Both the position numbers and the translations under genes were made by a program. A stretch of 64,000 nucleotides of DNA, taken from positions 64,001 through 128,000 of the IMG/VR virus record IMGVR_UViG_3300013426_000017, one strand, 5' to 3'. Below are positions 31,159-43,387 of this stretch, piece by piece (position 1 is the first letter of the stretch; each line of letters begins with the position of its first letter). Source of the stretch: a virus. Taxonomy: Duplodnaviria; Caudoviricetes. The notes beneath the pieces were generated by a model. It saw only the letters and a program-made list of their open reading frames with translations, did not search any database and had not been told where the DNA came from.

Positions 31159-31706
31159 TAGAAGAATGGAGACAAATTATAGAAGCACCTGATTGCGAGG
31201 TTAGTAATTATGGGAATGTTCGAGTTAGAGCTAGAACTATAATCACAACTACTGGGGGTAATCGTCATTATAATTCACGTATTATTTCACAAAATCGAAA
31301 GAAAAGTGGATATATTGAGGTTGCTTTGCCAATCGAAAAAGGGAAAAGAATATACCGTTTAGTTCATCGACTTGTGCTAGAAACATTTAATCCTGTTGAT
31401 GGTATGGAAACATTAGAAGTAAATCATATAGATGAAGATAAAACCAATAACAACCTTAATAATTTACAATGGGTATCTGCCAAACAAAATTGTAATTATG
31501 GCACAAGAAATGAAAATATTTCTACAAATGGCGTACGATATGAAATATATTGTCCTGAATTAAATAAAAGATTTTATTCGCAGAAAGAGGCGGCACAATA
31601 TATAGGGATTTCTACTGGCGCAATGAGTGAATACGTTAATGGAAAATCTAAACCGCGTAATGGATATCATTGGATTCGAGTTGGAGGATACGGTTATGAA
31701 AAATAA
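31146..31706 (+). CDS. NUMOD4-HNH endonuclease inserted between ligA halves
   Basis: EEWR...VSNYGNVR, VHRLV and VNHIDEDKTNN..NNLQW motifs. Confidence 0.88.
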   Translation: MDRMIEEWRQIIEAPDCEVSNYGNVRVRARTIITTTGGNRHYNSRIISQNRKKSGYIEVALPIEKGKRIYRLVHRLVLETFNPVDGMETLEVNHIDEDKTNNNLNNLQWVSAKQNCNYGTRNENISTNGVRYEIYCPELNKRFYSQKEAAQYIGISTGAMSEYVNGKSKPRNGYHWIRVGGYGYEK

Positions 31707-32544
31707 TATTTTATACATCCCACTACCCGATAGTTGCCCCATATGTGGCGGTCTTACTCAGATAAAAGAATCAGATAGCGGCACTCGAGAATTGTATTGC
31801 ACAAATCCAGATTGTCAAGCAAAATTAATTAATCGTATTGAACATTTCCTTAGTAAGAAAGGCTTAGATGCTCGTGGCATATCCAAAAAGACCCTTGAAA
31901 AGTTGATTGATTGGGGTTGGATTGAATCTCTCATAGACGTATTTAATCTCACGCCATATCGCAAAGAGTGGGTTCAGAAGCCTGGGTTTGGCGCAGCATC
32001 TGTAGATAGGGTTCTCAATTCTATTGAGGGCGCAAGAAACTGTGAGCTAGAAAAATTTATCTGTGGCTTGGGGATCCCGCTGGTTGGCGCCACATACTCA
32101 AGAGAGATTTGCAAGCATTTCGCCACTTGGGAAGAATTTGTAGCGGCCGCAGAAGATGAATCCTATAATTTTGCCGAATGGGATGGCTTTGGTATTGAAA
32201 CCAATACCGCTCTACATAATTATGATTATACTGAAGCAAAAGAAATTTATGAAAATTACTTGACAAATACTATAAAAAATAGTATAATAAATCAAGAAAG
32301 TAAAGATAGTCTATCTGGCGAAGTGATAGTTATAACTGGCGGTTTAACACATTTTGCTAATAGGGTAGAATTACAAAATAAGATTGCAGAATTGGGCGGG
32401 CGTAGTTCGACAAGCGTATCTGGCAAGACAACGATGCTAATATGCAATGATATTAATTCTAAGTCTAGTAAGGTTGTAAAAGCGCAGCAACTAAACATCC
32501 CGATTCTCACAGAAGAAAATTTTATACGAGATTATTTGACATAA
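31696..32544 (+). CDS. ligA: NAD+-dependent DNA ligase, C-terminal part (Zn finger, HhH, BRCT)
   Basis: Own GGAGGA RBS and ATG 31696. CPICG...C.N..C, GLGIPLVG, VITG...R and SVSGKT motifs. Confidence 0.88.
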   Translation: MKNNILYIPLPDSCPICGGLTQIKESDSGTRELYCTNPDCQAKLINRIEHFLSKKGLDARGISKKTLEKLIDWGWIESLIDVFNLTPYRKEWVQKPGFGAASVDRVLNSIEGARNCELEKFICGLGIPLVGATYSREICKHFATWEEFVAAAEDESYNFAEWDGFGIETNTALHNYDYTEAKEIYENYLTNTIKNSIINQESKDSLSGEVIVITGGLTHFANRVELQNKIAELGGRSSTSVSGKTTMLICNDINSKSSKVVKAQQLNIPILTEENFIRDYLT

Positions 32545-32587
32545 ATTAAAATATATTATATAATAATCTTGTAAATAAAGGAAAGTT

Positions 32588-32788
32588 ATGAAAAAGAAAG
32601 AATTAAAAAATTTCGCAAAAAAGATTGCTAGTTGGGAATACTTGTGTCAAACTAGCACCGATAGCAAAGAAATAGCAAGGGCTTAGGGTGAAATTATGAA
32701 GATGGCGAATCATATTGGATGTATCGAGGAGCTTGAAGAAATAGACATAATGGTTCAAGAGATTCTTGCTAAAGAGTATGGTATGTGA
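32588..32788 (+). CDS. Small hypothetical protein, code 15
   Basis: Promoter, RBS and one in-frame TAG. Confidence 0.5.
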
Positions 32789-32891
32789 AAAAATTTCTTG
32801 ACATTTCAAAAATTTTTTTGTATAATATTTACATAATCCAAAAGGATTGAGAGTAAAAATATTTTATTAATTTTAAAGGAGATTTTTAACT

Positions 32892-33161
32892 ATGGCAATG
32901 AGCACTAATTCCAAGATGGTATTTGAGTTTTTGAAGGAGAACAATGGTGTTGACCTCACCGCAGCTGATGTCGCAGAGGCACTTTCCCTTGAGAAGCGCC
33001 AGATTGATGGCATCTTTACTAGCGCAATTCAGCGTAAGGGCTATGGCGTTCGCGTTCCTGGCGAAATTGAGCTGGCGGATGGCACCCATAAGGCTGTGAA
33101 ATACCTCCACCTGACCGATGAGGGCATGGCACTTGATCTCGACGCAACCGACGCTGAGTAA
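32892..33161 (+). CDS. Winged-HTH DNA-binding protein
   Basis: LTAADVAEAL...KG...LTDEG. Strong promoter and its own terminator (33181-33215). Confidence 0.7.
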   Translation: MAMSTNSKMVFEFLKENNGVDLTAADVAEALSLEKRQIDGIFTSAIQRKGYGVRVPGEIELADGTHKAVKYLHLTDEGMALDLDATDAE

Positions 33162-33232
33162 TTTAATTTGATTAAGTTTAATTATAGGGGATAACGATTA
33201 TCCCCTATAATTTTTCATATCTAAAAATTATT

Positions 33233-34255
33233 ATGATTTTATATATTATTATTTCAATCATAATTACATTTATTATTTCTTGGTTAATATTTTATTTTAT
33301 ACCAAAAGGTAAAATTTATGAAATTAACCAATAGAAAATACGAGAAGAACAAGATGTAATTAATGAATTGGCGGCAGAAAAAACAGCCCTTGATAAAGAT
33401 GTGGCGATTGGACAAACGCAAATTAACACATTAAATCAAGAAATTAAAAAATTACATTCTAATTTAGCTGAAGAGAATGCTCGATTAGATAATGCCAGAG
33501 TGTAGAACAATAAGTTAATTGATTCTATGCTCAAGGATAATTTAGCACAGATTCAAGAACGATTAGATCTAGAAAGCGAAAAACTTGGTGACAAATATCA
33601 AGAGTCAGAAGCTGAATATCGACGTGAATACGCTAAAATGATGCGAGAATTGGCGCAGGAATATGAAAAACAAATTCATGATTTAACTCAATTGGTGGCG
33701 CAGGCCGATCAAGAGTATCAAAAAGCGCAGTATTAGTTGGAGGACCTCGCCAAACAGGTAAGCTCAGCTATTGAGGCTAATAAACGAGAAGAGGAAAAGC
33801 GCATTCAAGCAGATTTCTATCGTGTTGTAATACCTGAATCTGATTTAATTGAAATTGCGAAGCTCAGAGAAGTCGAGCCATATCTACGTGATAAAGAGGC
33901 ATTAAATAAAGTTATTTGGAAAGTCTATTATGAGAAACCGACTAGTGATATGATTGGTCGAGTAATCGGCGCCACAAAAAAGACTGGTATTTATAAAATA
34001 ACTGAAATCGCTACTGGTAAGTGTTACGTTGGACAAGCGATCGACGCCGCTTCGCGCTGGCGCCAACATATTAAAAGAGGCCTAGGCGCCGAGGCCCCCA
34101 CTCGGAATAAATTGTATCCTGCTATGAAGTCTATTGGTGTTGAAAATTTTACATTCGAGATTATCGAAGAATGTTCTCGTGATGAATTAGATGCCAAGGA
34201 AGATTTTTGGCAAGAGTATTTTCATGCCTTGGAGTTCGGTTTTAGTATTAAGTAA
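33233..34255 (+). CDS. TM + coiled-coil + C-terminal GIY-YIG protein, code 15
   Basis: Joins track ORFs 33527 and 33737 through TAGs. TGIYKIT...YVGQA...RW.QH. Confidence 0.75.
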
Positions 34256-34332
34256 TAAGATACTATATAGGTTGTAATTAATTAAAATTTTTGATATAAT
34301 AAATATAGAAATTGAGAAAAGGATATTAAGTT

Positions 34333-34689
34333 ATGAAAAATGAATTTCTAAATTTTATTAACAAATTAATGGAAGCGTCACCCGAAATAGTAGATGAGTA
34401 TATGACAGATAGCATTAAAGAGTATTTGGAAATGCTCAAAAATGATAAAGATAAAAAGCCTGAGATAACTGAGACAGGCAGAAAGATTTTGGAGTTTTTC
34501 CAGAATCCTGATACGCCGTCAAAGCTATGGAAGGCCAAAGAAATAGCGCAGGAATTGGGATTGACCTCAAGGGGTGTTTCAGGCTCGATGCGAAAGCTTG
34601 TTAACGATGGTTTTTGTGAGAAGTTGGGAGCATCACCGGCGGTTTATGCCATTACTGATAAAGGAACAATGTATAAATTTAATGATTAA
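34333..34689 (+). CDS. Winged-HTH protein
   Basis: AKEIAQELGLTSRGVSGSMRKLVNDG. Confidence 0.7.
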   Translation: MKNEFLNFINKLMEASPEIVDEYMTDSIKEYLEMLKNDKDKKPEITETGRKILEFFQNPDTPSKLWKAKEIAQELGLTSRGVSGSMRKLVNDGFCEKLGASPAVYAITDKGTMYKFND

Positions 34690-34704
34690 GGAGAAAAAGA
34701 AAAG

Positions 34705-35685
34705 ATGAAAGCTAATTTTCTAAACACCACCCATGTAGAAGGACTGTTGTATGACCACAATCTTGAGATGAAGGTAACTGGCGAAAATTCCAAGCATCCT
34801 GGCACTCAGTATATTCGTGGCGACATTAGCATTGTCACTGATAGCAAGCTGATGAATGTAGTTCAGGTTTATTATTCTTATGTCACTGAGACTACTTCTT
34901 CTGGCAAGACTGATAGCCGTTGGTCGGCATTGATGGATATTATCAATGGTAAGCGTAAGACTGTTGTTGCTAATGGCGCAGATCAGGCATCCATAATTCG
35001 TATTGACTCGGTAATTGGTTTTAATGAGTTTTATGCCGATAGCCGCGAGAATCCTGGCACTCAGGAGCTTGTTAGCGTCAAGCGTAATGAAGGTGGTTTT
35101 ATCCATTTTGATGGCACTGGCGAGAATAATCTGTTGCTTGCCGATGAGCACAAGCGCGCCACGTTTAAGAATGATATAGTAATTACCAGCGTTGTTGAGC
35201 GTGAAGCCAATGAGGAACGCAACCTCCCCGCTAAGGCAGTTATTAAGGGCTGGATATTTGATTTCCGTAAGGCGATTTATCCTGTTGAGTTTTCCGCAAT
35301 TGAGCCTAACGCCATGAATTATTTCCTGAGCCTTGAAGCGTCTCCTAAGAATCCCGTTGTTACTCAAGTTTGGGGTGAGCAGGTTTCTGAGACCACTATT
35401 CGTAAGATAGTAACTGAGTCTGCTTTTGGCCCTGATGATATACGCGAGGTTTCCTCGACTCGCAAGGATTTTGTTATTACTGGCGCATCTCGTGAGCCTG
35501 GCGTATGGGATGATGAGTCTTGGATTACCGCCGCGGAATTTAATAAGGCCATGAGCGATCGTGAGGTCTATCTGGCGACTATTAAGAAGCGCGCCGATGA
35601 TTATAAGGCTAGCCGCGCCAAGGCATCTCAGGCATCCGCATTTAGCGCAGGTGGCGCCCCCACCGCTGGCGAGTTTAAATTTTAA
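34705..35685 (+). CDS. Putative ssDNA-binding protein
   Basis: Replication context, OB-like beta pattern and a flexible tail ending EFKF. Confidence 0.55.
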   Translation: MKANFLNTTHVEGLLYDHNLEMKVTGENSKHPGTQYIRGDISIVTDSKLMNVVQVYYSYVTETTSSGKTDSRWSALMDIINGKRKTVVANGADQASIIRIDSVIGFNEFYADSRENPGTQELVSVKRNEGGFIHFDGTGENNLLLADEHKRATFKNDIVITSVVEREANEERNLPAKAVIKGWIFDFRKAIYPVEFSAIEPNAMNYFLSLEASPKNPVVTQVWGEQVSETTIRKIVTESAFGPDDIREVSSTRKDFVITGASREPGVWDDESWITAAEFNKAMSDREVYLATIKKRADDYKASRAKASQASAFSAGGAPTAGEFKF

Positions 35686-35738
35686 TTAGGAATTAATTCT
35701 TAATTAAAATTTTTAAGAGATAAAGGAGATAATAAATT

Positions 35739-37830
35739 ATGGCAATTAATTTGTTAAACATACAGCCGCATAAGGTGTCTCGTGATTTGAGCGGTTATAT
35801 TACTTACTTGTTTGGAATTCCCAAAATTGGAAAGACTACATTCGGCTCACAACTTCCCGGTTCATTGATTCTTGCGTCAGACTAAAAACTTTTAAACAAC
35901 TAAATAAGGAGCAAACATGAATAATTTATATACTATTACACGTATAAATGGCGGTGTAATCGCTTGGACAGACGAACAAGTGGCCTACATTATTGATAAA
36001 TATTTAAACGAGAATTATACGTTAAAACAGCTTGGCCGAGAATTTGGTTGTAGCTATGGAACCATTCGTAATCTATTAAATAAACATCATATTGATAGCC
36101 GTGGCAATAAGCAGGGCTATCCTAGGAATGAATTTATTTTTATGAATATTGATACAGCTGAGAAGGCCTATTGGCTAGGGTTCTTGTATGCTGATGGTTG
36201 TGTTCATAATAACAACAATGAAATTTCAATCAATATCACGGATCAAGAACATGTGGTTAAATTTAAAAATTTTTTAGGAGCTAAAAATCATCGTATTACA
36301 GAAACAAAAGATACTCGTTGGAAGAATGCTAAAATTTTATATCAATTTAGTATTAAAGATACGCAAATACACAATGATTTAATTACTTGGGGATGTGTGT
36401 CTAATAAAACATTAATTATTGAAAAAATCCCTAATATTCCTAGAGATTATATCTCACATTTTATTAGAGGGTATTTCGATGGAGATGGTAGTTTGCATTA
36501 TTTGCAAAGCACAGATAATTATCGCATTTCATTTACCAGTGGTTCTAAAAAATTTCTAGAGGACATTCAAAAAGAATTAAATATAACCAATTTGTCCTTA
36601 GGTCATTCTGATGATACCAATACCTATCAGCTTCAAATTAGTGGTCGCAAACAAGTAGAAAGAATTTTAAATTATATGTATCAAGATTCTACAGAGAATA
36701 CTCGTTTAAATAGAAAATATAATTCTTATTTAGATTGTTTAAAATGGGCGCATCGCCATTGAACCTATAAATGTAGGGTGTGAATAAATATTTATTTATT
36801 TGCTAACAGGGAATGCTATATGGGGATTTATCCAACCTATATAGAGAATCCTGTGCCAAGTCTCAAATTGAGAAAGGTGCAACGACTATCCCTTCTAGGG
36901 AGTAGGCTAAATGTGAAATTCATTTGGCCCAAGTGGTGGCGGAGCTTATAAAAAAGCTCGTGATATAGTCTTAATTTTTTTAAATTAGTCGAAAGAGGAT
37001 ACAATAGTCTACCTGGCGTTATGGTTCAAGATATTACTTCGTGGGGCGAGCTGCGCCAAGTCATGCGTGAGCTCAAAAAGCCCGAAGTCCATGAGGTATA
37101 TAAAAGTATTATCATTGATACTGTTGATGTGGCAGCTACTATGTGTGAAAAATATATTTGTAACCAATTAGGTATTGAAAACATAGGCGACGGTGGTTGG
37201 ACCAATAATGGCTGGTCTAAGTATAAAAAAGAATTTGAAGATACATTTCGTTCTATGGCGCAGATGGGATATGCGATTGTATTTATTAGCCATTCAACTG
37301 ATAAAACATTTACTCGCAAAGATGGCACTACTTATAATCAGCTGGTTCCAACTTGCCAGCGTTCCGTTAATGAAATAGTAAAGGGCATGGCTGATATTTT
37401 TGCATGTGCTGATATAGTTAATGGCGAACGGAAGTTGATTCTGCGTTCCCTTGATGGCACTGTTGACTGTGGCTGTCGTTTTAAGTATATAGATCCTGAA
37501 ATTCCGTTCTCTTATCAGTCGCTTGTTGACGCATTGAATCGTGCTATTGATAAAGAAGCTGGTGAGACTGGTGGCCAGTTTGTAACTAATGAGCGTCGAG
37601 TAGAAAATATAGCACCTAGCTATGATTATGATACTCTCATGGCCGAATTCCAGACCCTTGCTGGTGAATTGACAAGTAAGAATGGCGCATTCTATGGGCC
37701 TAAAATTGTTCAGATTATTGATAAGTATTTGGGCAAGGGTAAGAAGATTACTGATACAACACCTGATCAGGCCGAATTTGTTTATTTGATCATCTCTGAA
37801 ATTAAAGAAGATTTGGTAGACAAAACCTAA
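35739..37830 (+). CDS. AAA_24 / Sak4-like ATPase (exons 35739-35877, 36989-37830)
   Basis: GIPKIGKTT, spliced LILAFERGY, IIIDT and FISH motifs. Confidence 0.82.
35878..36988 (+). ncRNA. Group I intron in the AAA ATPase gene
   Basis: Removal restores the frame. Core 36745-36988 (GCTAACAGGG, GTGCCAAG, GCAACGACT, GATATAGTCT). Terminal G. Confidence 0.85.
35917..36762 (+). CDS. LAGLIDADG homing endonuclease (intron-encoded)
   Basis: YWLGFLYADG and FIRGYFDGDG motifs. Confidence 0.9.
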   Translation: MNNLYTITRINGGVIAWTDEQVAYIIDKYLNENYTLKQLGREFGCSYGTIRNLLNKHHIDSRGNKQGYPRNEFIFMNIDTAEKAYWLGFLYADGCVHNNNNEISINITDQEHVVKFKNFLGAKNHRITETKDTRWKNAKILYQFSIKDTQIHNDLITWGCVSNKTLIIEKIPNIPRDYISHFIRGYFDGDGSLHYLQSTDNYRISFTSGSKKFLEDIQKELNITNLSLGHSDDTNTYQLQISGRKQVERILNYMYQDSTENTRLNRKYNSYLDCLKWAHRH

Positions 37831-37924
37831 TTAATTAATATACAGCCCGAGGAATCAATCCTCGGGTTGACTTATATTAAAAATTATGATATAATATATA
37901 TATCAATGGAAAAGGAGGTTTTAA

Positions 37925-38437
37925 ATGGCAAAAAGAATGTTGAAATGCTTGTATTGTGGCTAGTATTTTGATGCCAATAGTGAACCTACGGTTCAAGTTA
38001 GTGCGCGACGTTATGCTCATCAAATTTGCGCCGATAACCACGAAACCATTGATAAAGAAAGGCAAGAATTAGAAGAGTATATTAAACAATTATTTAATGT
38101 AGAAACAATTCCATCAAAAATTCAAAAGCAAATTAATTCATATATTAGAGATTATAATTTTAGTTATTCTGGCATGTTAAAAGCATTAATATATCATTAC
38201 GAAATTCAACATGGCGATATTTCTAAAAGCAATGGCGGAATTGGCATAGTTCCATATTGTTATGATTCGGCAAGAACATATTATTATAATTTATGGATGG
38301 CTCAACAACAAAATATAACTAAAGATATCTCACAATATGTGCCAAAAGTTGAAGAAATTGTAATTAAACAGCCACATAAAAAACGCAATCATAAAAAATT
38401 ATTTTCATTTTTAGATGAAGATAATGGGGGGAGTTAA
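37925..38437 (+). CDS. Zn-binding hypothetical protein upstream of helicase, code 15
   Basis: RBS and ATG 37925. CLYCG(TAG)...H..C, in frame with track ORF 38174. Confidence 0.65.
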
Positions 38438-40280
38438 TGAAAAGTAAATATGTTGACAGGACTGCCTTGGCGCAAGTCATAGGTAGTATTTTTAATTCGC
38501 CTCAAATTTTGGATTTAACAGATAAATATACAATTACCGAAGCAGATTTCCCAGATGAAATGTTGCAAGTAATTATTGGTTCAATTTATAAAATCCATGA
38601 AATGGGTGCAAAAACCATATCACTTGAGAGTATTAGTGATTATTTGGCGAACAAGCCCAAAAGTCAAGCGATTTTTCAAAGAGATAAAGGAGAAGAGTGG
38701 CTACTAAAAGCATCAGAGGTTGCAATTACGTCGGCATTCGATTTTTATTATGATAGAATGAAGAAAATGTCGTTATTGCGTGCCTATGATACTTATGGAA
38801 TTGATGTTAGTTATATTTATGACCCCGATAATATTTTTAATGCCAAGTTAAAGCAACAGCAAGAAGATCAGCTAGATAATATGTCCCTTGAAGACATTGC
38901 CGAAAAAATTGACCAACGTATTGATGAAATTAAAGCACAATATGTTAAAGATATATTTGGAGAAGCTAGCCAGGCCGGTGATGGATTAGAGGAATTAATT
39001 GATCAATTTAAAGAGGCACCAGAAGTTGGTGTTCCATTGTATGGCTCATTGGTTAATACTATTACTCGTGGCGCCAGGCTCAAGAAATTATACCTGCGGT
39101 CGTCTCCCACGGGCTGCGGGAAGAGCCGTAGCATGGTCGCCGATGCATGCTTCATTGGCTGTCCTAAAATTTATGATGATAATTTTGGGTGGATTCGTAG
39201 TGGCGCTGCTAATCCTTCGTTGTTTATTACGACTGAACAAGAACTGTCGGAAGTTCAAACTATGATGCTGGCATTTTTATCTAATGTCAATGAAGACCAC
39301 ATCCTTAATGGTAAATATGAAGGTGACGAGGAAGAACGTGTTCGAGAAGCCGCAAGAATTTTAAAGAACAGCCCGTTATATATTGAAGAATTACCTGATT
39401 TTTCATTGCAGGATGTTGAAGAAACTATTAAGAAAAATATTCGTGATCATGATGTAAATTATGTATTTTTCGACTATATACATAGTAGCATCAAGATTCT
39501 TGAAGAAATATCTCGTAAAACCAAAGGCATGTCATTGCGTGAAGATAACATTTTATTTATGTTGTCTATCCGTCTAAAAGATTTGTGTAATCAATATGGC
39601 ATTTTTATTTTAACTTCAACTCAGCTAAATGGCATGTGGCAAGAGGCCGATACACCTGATCAAAACTTGCTTAGAGGCGCGAAGTCGATCGCAGATCTGT
39701 CGCTATGGCGCGCGACAAGTCGTCCTTAATAGAAATATTAAGTGATTATTAGACCGAGAATTGCTGGAAAGCCCTAAAGTCATATAAACTACAACGTAAA
39801 TATGAAATATAATTAAGCGTGAATGTTATAAAAATTATATGAATTGGGTAATCAGCAGCCGAGCCCCAAATAGGGGAAGGTTCAACGACTATCCTGTTGC
39901 GAGGAGTAGGAAGAAATTCCGAAGTACGGTCTACCTAAACTTGTTATGTAAATAATAAGCATGGTAAAGATATAGTCTATTCCTTATAGAAATATGAGGT
40001 AGCAAAGAAAGTAGATTTTGGCGCCATTTTATTACCCGTTAAGTCTGAGGATGTGGAGAAGCTACAACCCATTCTTGACTCAGGCGTATTTGAAAAGCCC
40101 GTATTAAAATTGTCTGTTTATAAAAATAGACGAGGGCGTTACAAAGGAATTTATCTATGGTGTAAAGCAAATTTAGGAACCTGCCGTATTAATCCTATGT
40201 TTGCTACAACCTATGGTTATGAAATAATTAGTATAGATGATATGAAAATTATTGTAGAGGATGCGCCAAGCGCATTTTAA
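38437..40280 (+). CDS. dnaB: Replicative DnaB-like helicase (exons 38437-39696, 40008-40280)
   Basis: SPTGCGKS, TTE, FFDYI, TQLN, spliced AKSIAD|KVDFG and KNRRG motifs. Confidence 0.88.
39697..40007 (+). ncRNA. Group I intron in dnaB (no ORF)
   Basis: Core very similar to the phoH intron (GAATTGCTGG, AATCAGCAGC, GTTCAACGACT, AAGATATAGTCT). Boundaries taken from frame restoration. Confidence 0.82.
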
Positions 40281-40294
40281 AAAGGAGAAAAATT

Positions 40295-40492
40295 ATGATA
40301 GAAAACAAAACACGATTTGTCCATGAGCGAGCTGGTGCGGTTGAATACGCTATGCCTGATGGTTTGGCGCAGGAGATTCTCAAGACGCGCCACGGCGCTG
40401 AAAAAAATATGCACCCTAATGAATTCCTTGTAAAAGTTGTGAACGAGACATTCGGTCTCAAAGATAAATGTGTAAAGGTGAGCCGATTCTAA
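40295..40492 (+). CDS. Hypothetical protein
   Basis: ORF with RBS. Confidence 0.55.
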   Translation: MIENKTRFVHERAGAVEYAMPDGLAQEILKTRHGAEKNMHPNEFLVKVVNETFGLKDKCVKVSRF

Positions 40493-40493
40493 A

Positions 40494-41603
40494 ATGATTA
40501 AATATGACAAAGTTGAAGTAAGAGAAAAGTTAACAATTGAACAGGTTTTTGAATTATTAACTGACTGGGGTGGAGAACCTATTTATTCACCTTCTGGTAT
40601 CATTGCTTCAACCATTTGTCATAATATACCTGGCGCTGGCAGTAAAAAGCTATACTATTATAGCTCAAATCAAATGTTTCATTGCTATACTGGATGTGAA
40701 AAATCTAGTTTTGATATTTTTGAATTATTTATAAAAATATCAGCTATACAATATAATCAAGAAGTTGATTTTGATAAAGCTGTTCGTTATATAGCAAATA
40801 GATTTCAATTATTCTCCTATGCTGAGGATACTGGCTTAGATGATAAACTCAAAGACGAAGAAATATTTGCTAATTATGATAGAATACAGCAAATTACATT
40901 GCCACCAAAAAAAGAAATCATACTTAAAGAATATGATTCTAAAATATTAGACCATTTAAATTATAATGTAAAGCTTGAGCCCTGGCTTCAAGATGGTATC
41001 TCTCAAGAAGCCATAGAACAGGCAAGAATAGGATTTTATCCCAAAGATTTACAAATTACTATTCCTCATTATGATGTTAATGGACGATTTATTGGGCTGC
41101 GTGGTCGATGCATTGCCAAAGAGGATGCTGAAAAGTTTGGCAAATACAGACCCGTATTTATCAATAGGCAATGGTATAATCATCCACTAGGTATGAATTT
41201 ATACAATTTAAATAAAAGTAAGAAACATATTGCCGAATTTGAAAAGGCTATTGTATTTGAGGGAGAGAAATCGCCATTGCAATATCAAACTATTTATGGA
41301 ATGGACAGAGACATTACTGTAGCTAGTTGTGGCAATAATCTATCTCAATATCAAGTAGATTTGCTAGTTGAAGCTGGCGCCAAAGAAATTATTCTTGCCT
41401 ATGACAGACAATTTGAAGAATATAATAGTGAAGAATATAATAAATGGAAAAGGCATTTGATTGCCTTGCATCAACGATATAAATATGATGCATTAATTAC
41501 AATCATATTCGATAGGAATATGATTACTAATTATAAATCCTCACCAATAGATGAGGGTCAAGAGAAATTTGAAACATTATTTAAAGAAAGGATTGTATTG
41601 TAA
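40494..41603 (+). CDS. dnaG: DNA primase
   Basis: CH...HCYTGC Zn domain, GLRGR, LYNL, FEGEKS and AYD TOPRIM motifs. Confidence 0.85.
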   Translation: MIKYDKVEVREKLTIEQVFELLTDWGGEPIYSPSGIIASTICHNIPGAGSKKLYYYSSNQMFHCYTGCEKSSFDIFELFIKISAIQYNQEVDFDKAVRYIANRFQLFSYAEDTGLDDKLKDEEIFANYDRIQQITLPPKKEIILKEYDSKILDHLNYNVKLEPWLQDGISQEAIEQARIGFYPKDLQITIPHYDVNGRFIGLRGRCIAKEDAEKFGKYRPVFINRQWYNHPLGMNLYNLNKSKKHIAEFEKAIVFEGEKSPLQYQTIYGMDRDITVASCGNNLSQYQVDLLVEAGAKEIILAYDRQFEEYNSEEYNKWKRHLIALHQRYKYDALITIIFDRNMITNYKSSPIDEGQEKFETLFKERIVL

Positions 41604-43346
41604 TTGTAGTATAAATTAATTAATGAACGAGATAATTCATTAACACCAATAGCACAAATATTTAAAAATCGTGGAATGGATTATACTATAGAGGATATAT
41701 ATCATTATTTAAATACTACAGAAAATGATACATATCCTTCAACTATGCTCAAGAATATGGAGCGTGGCGCCGCCATGCTAGCGCGCCACATAGCCAATGA
41801 CGATAAAGTCCTGCTAGTAGTCGATGATGATTGCGATGGATTCACTTCGTCAGCATTACTTATGAATTATTTACATCTATTATTTCCCCACTTCGTGGAA
41901 AATAGTATTCAATATTACATCCATGAAGGGAAAAAGCATGGTATATTAAATGCAGATGTGGCGGCGCCAGGTATAGCGCTCGTCATAGCGCCAGACTCAA
42001 GTAGTAATGAATATGCGCTTCATGAGGAATTGGCGCAACGAAATATAGACGTTTTAATTTTAGATCATCACAAAGCTCCATATTATTCTCAGCATGCTTG
42101 TGTAATTAATAATCAATTAGACGATTACCCTACTAAATCCTTATCGGGTGTAGGCATTGTTTATAAATTTTGCAAGTATTTAGATGAACAATTAGATGTT
42201 GAATATGCTGATTTATTTTTGGATTTGGTTGCACTTGGTATTACTGCTGATGTAATGAGTATGTGCGATTATGAAACTAGATATTTAGTATCTAATGGTC
42301 TTGAGCATTTTAGAAATCCTCTAATCAAAGCATTATATGCTAAAACAGAATATTCGATTAATAAAAGTGGTGGGTTGTCGCCTTATAATTTAGCTTATTA
42401 TATTGCGCCATTTCTCAATGCCACTGCTCGGGTAGGGACAGTAAAAGAAAAAACCATATTATTTGAATCACTGCTTGAATTTAAAGCCTATGACCAGATT
42501 ACTTCAACAAAACGAGGCTGCGCTGGCCAAATGGAAAGCATCGTAGAACAAGCCGCTCGAAATTGCACGAATATCAAGTCACGCCAAACTAAAGAGCGCG
42601 ATACAGCTTATGAGCAAATAGAATCAATGATTGCAGAGCAAAATTTGCTTCAAAATAAAATTCTACTTATTCAAATGGATAGCGGAGAGCCTGCGATTGG
42701 TGGCCTTATAGCCAACCTATTGGTCGCCAAGTATCATCATCCAACATTAATTCTTTATAAGATGGGTGATATGTGGCAAGGTTCAGCACGTAATGATTCA
42801 AGATATGGATTAGAGGATTTTAGACAATTTATGCGAGATTGTGATTTAGTGAATTTTGCCGAAGGGCATGAATCTGCTTTTGGCACGCAAATCGCGAATG
42901 AAAATATAGATAAGTTTATAGAATATAGTAATAAGGCATTACAGAATTATGAATTTTCCCCAGTTGATCGTGTTGATTTTATTATTAATGCCAATCAACT
43001 AACATCTGAATTTATTTTGGATATAGGAAAATTACATTATATTTGGGGGCAAGAAGTATCTGAACCTTTAATAGCAATAGAACATATTGCTATTACTAAC
43101 GATAATTTAAATGTTATTGGCAAAAAAGAAGATACGGTTAAAATAATGCTACCAAATGGTATTAGCCTTATGAAATTTGGGTCTACCGCAGATGAAATTG
43201 ATGCACTGGCCCCTGAAACGTCTGCGGGGTGTGTAATAATTAACATTCTTGGTATGTGTAATATTAATAACTACAACGACCAAGAATATCCACAAATAAT
43301 AATTAATGAATACGAAATTGTAGGACGGCAGAGCTACTATTTCTAA
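41604..43346 (+). CDS. recJ: RecJ-like ssDNA exonuclease (DHH family), with TAG as second codon
   Basis: DDDCDG, DHH, LSGVG, GSAR and GH..AFG motifs. TTG TAG TAT AAA start. Confidence 0.85.
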
Positions 43347-43387
43347 TACGCACGAAGACCTAATAGTAATATTAGGAGGAAGTTAGT

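Noticed and set aside
31146-31706. Group I intron or intein explaining the ligA interruption
   Set aside because: The ORFs overlap each other, leaving no non-coding core. There are no splice motifs, and the downstream half has its own RBS.
23630-37295. Other TTAGCCA occurrences (about 33, 23634, 37286) as further 4-nt inserts
   Set aside because: TAG is out of frame at these sites and the ORFs read through normally.
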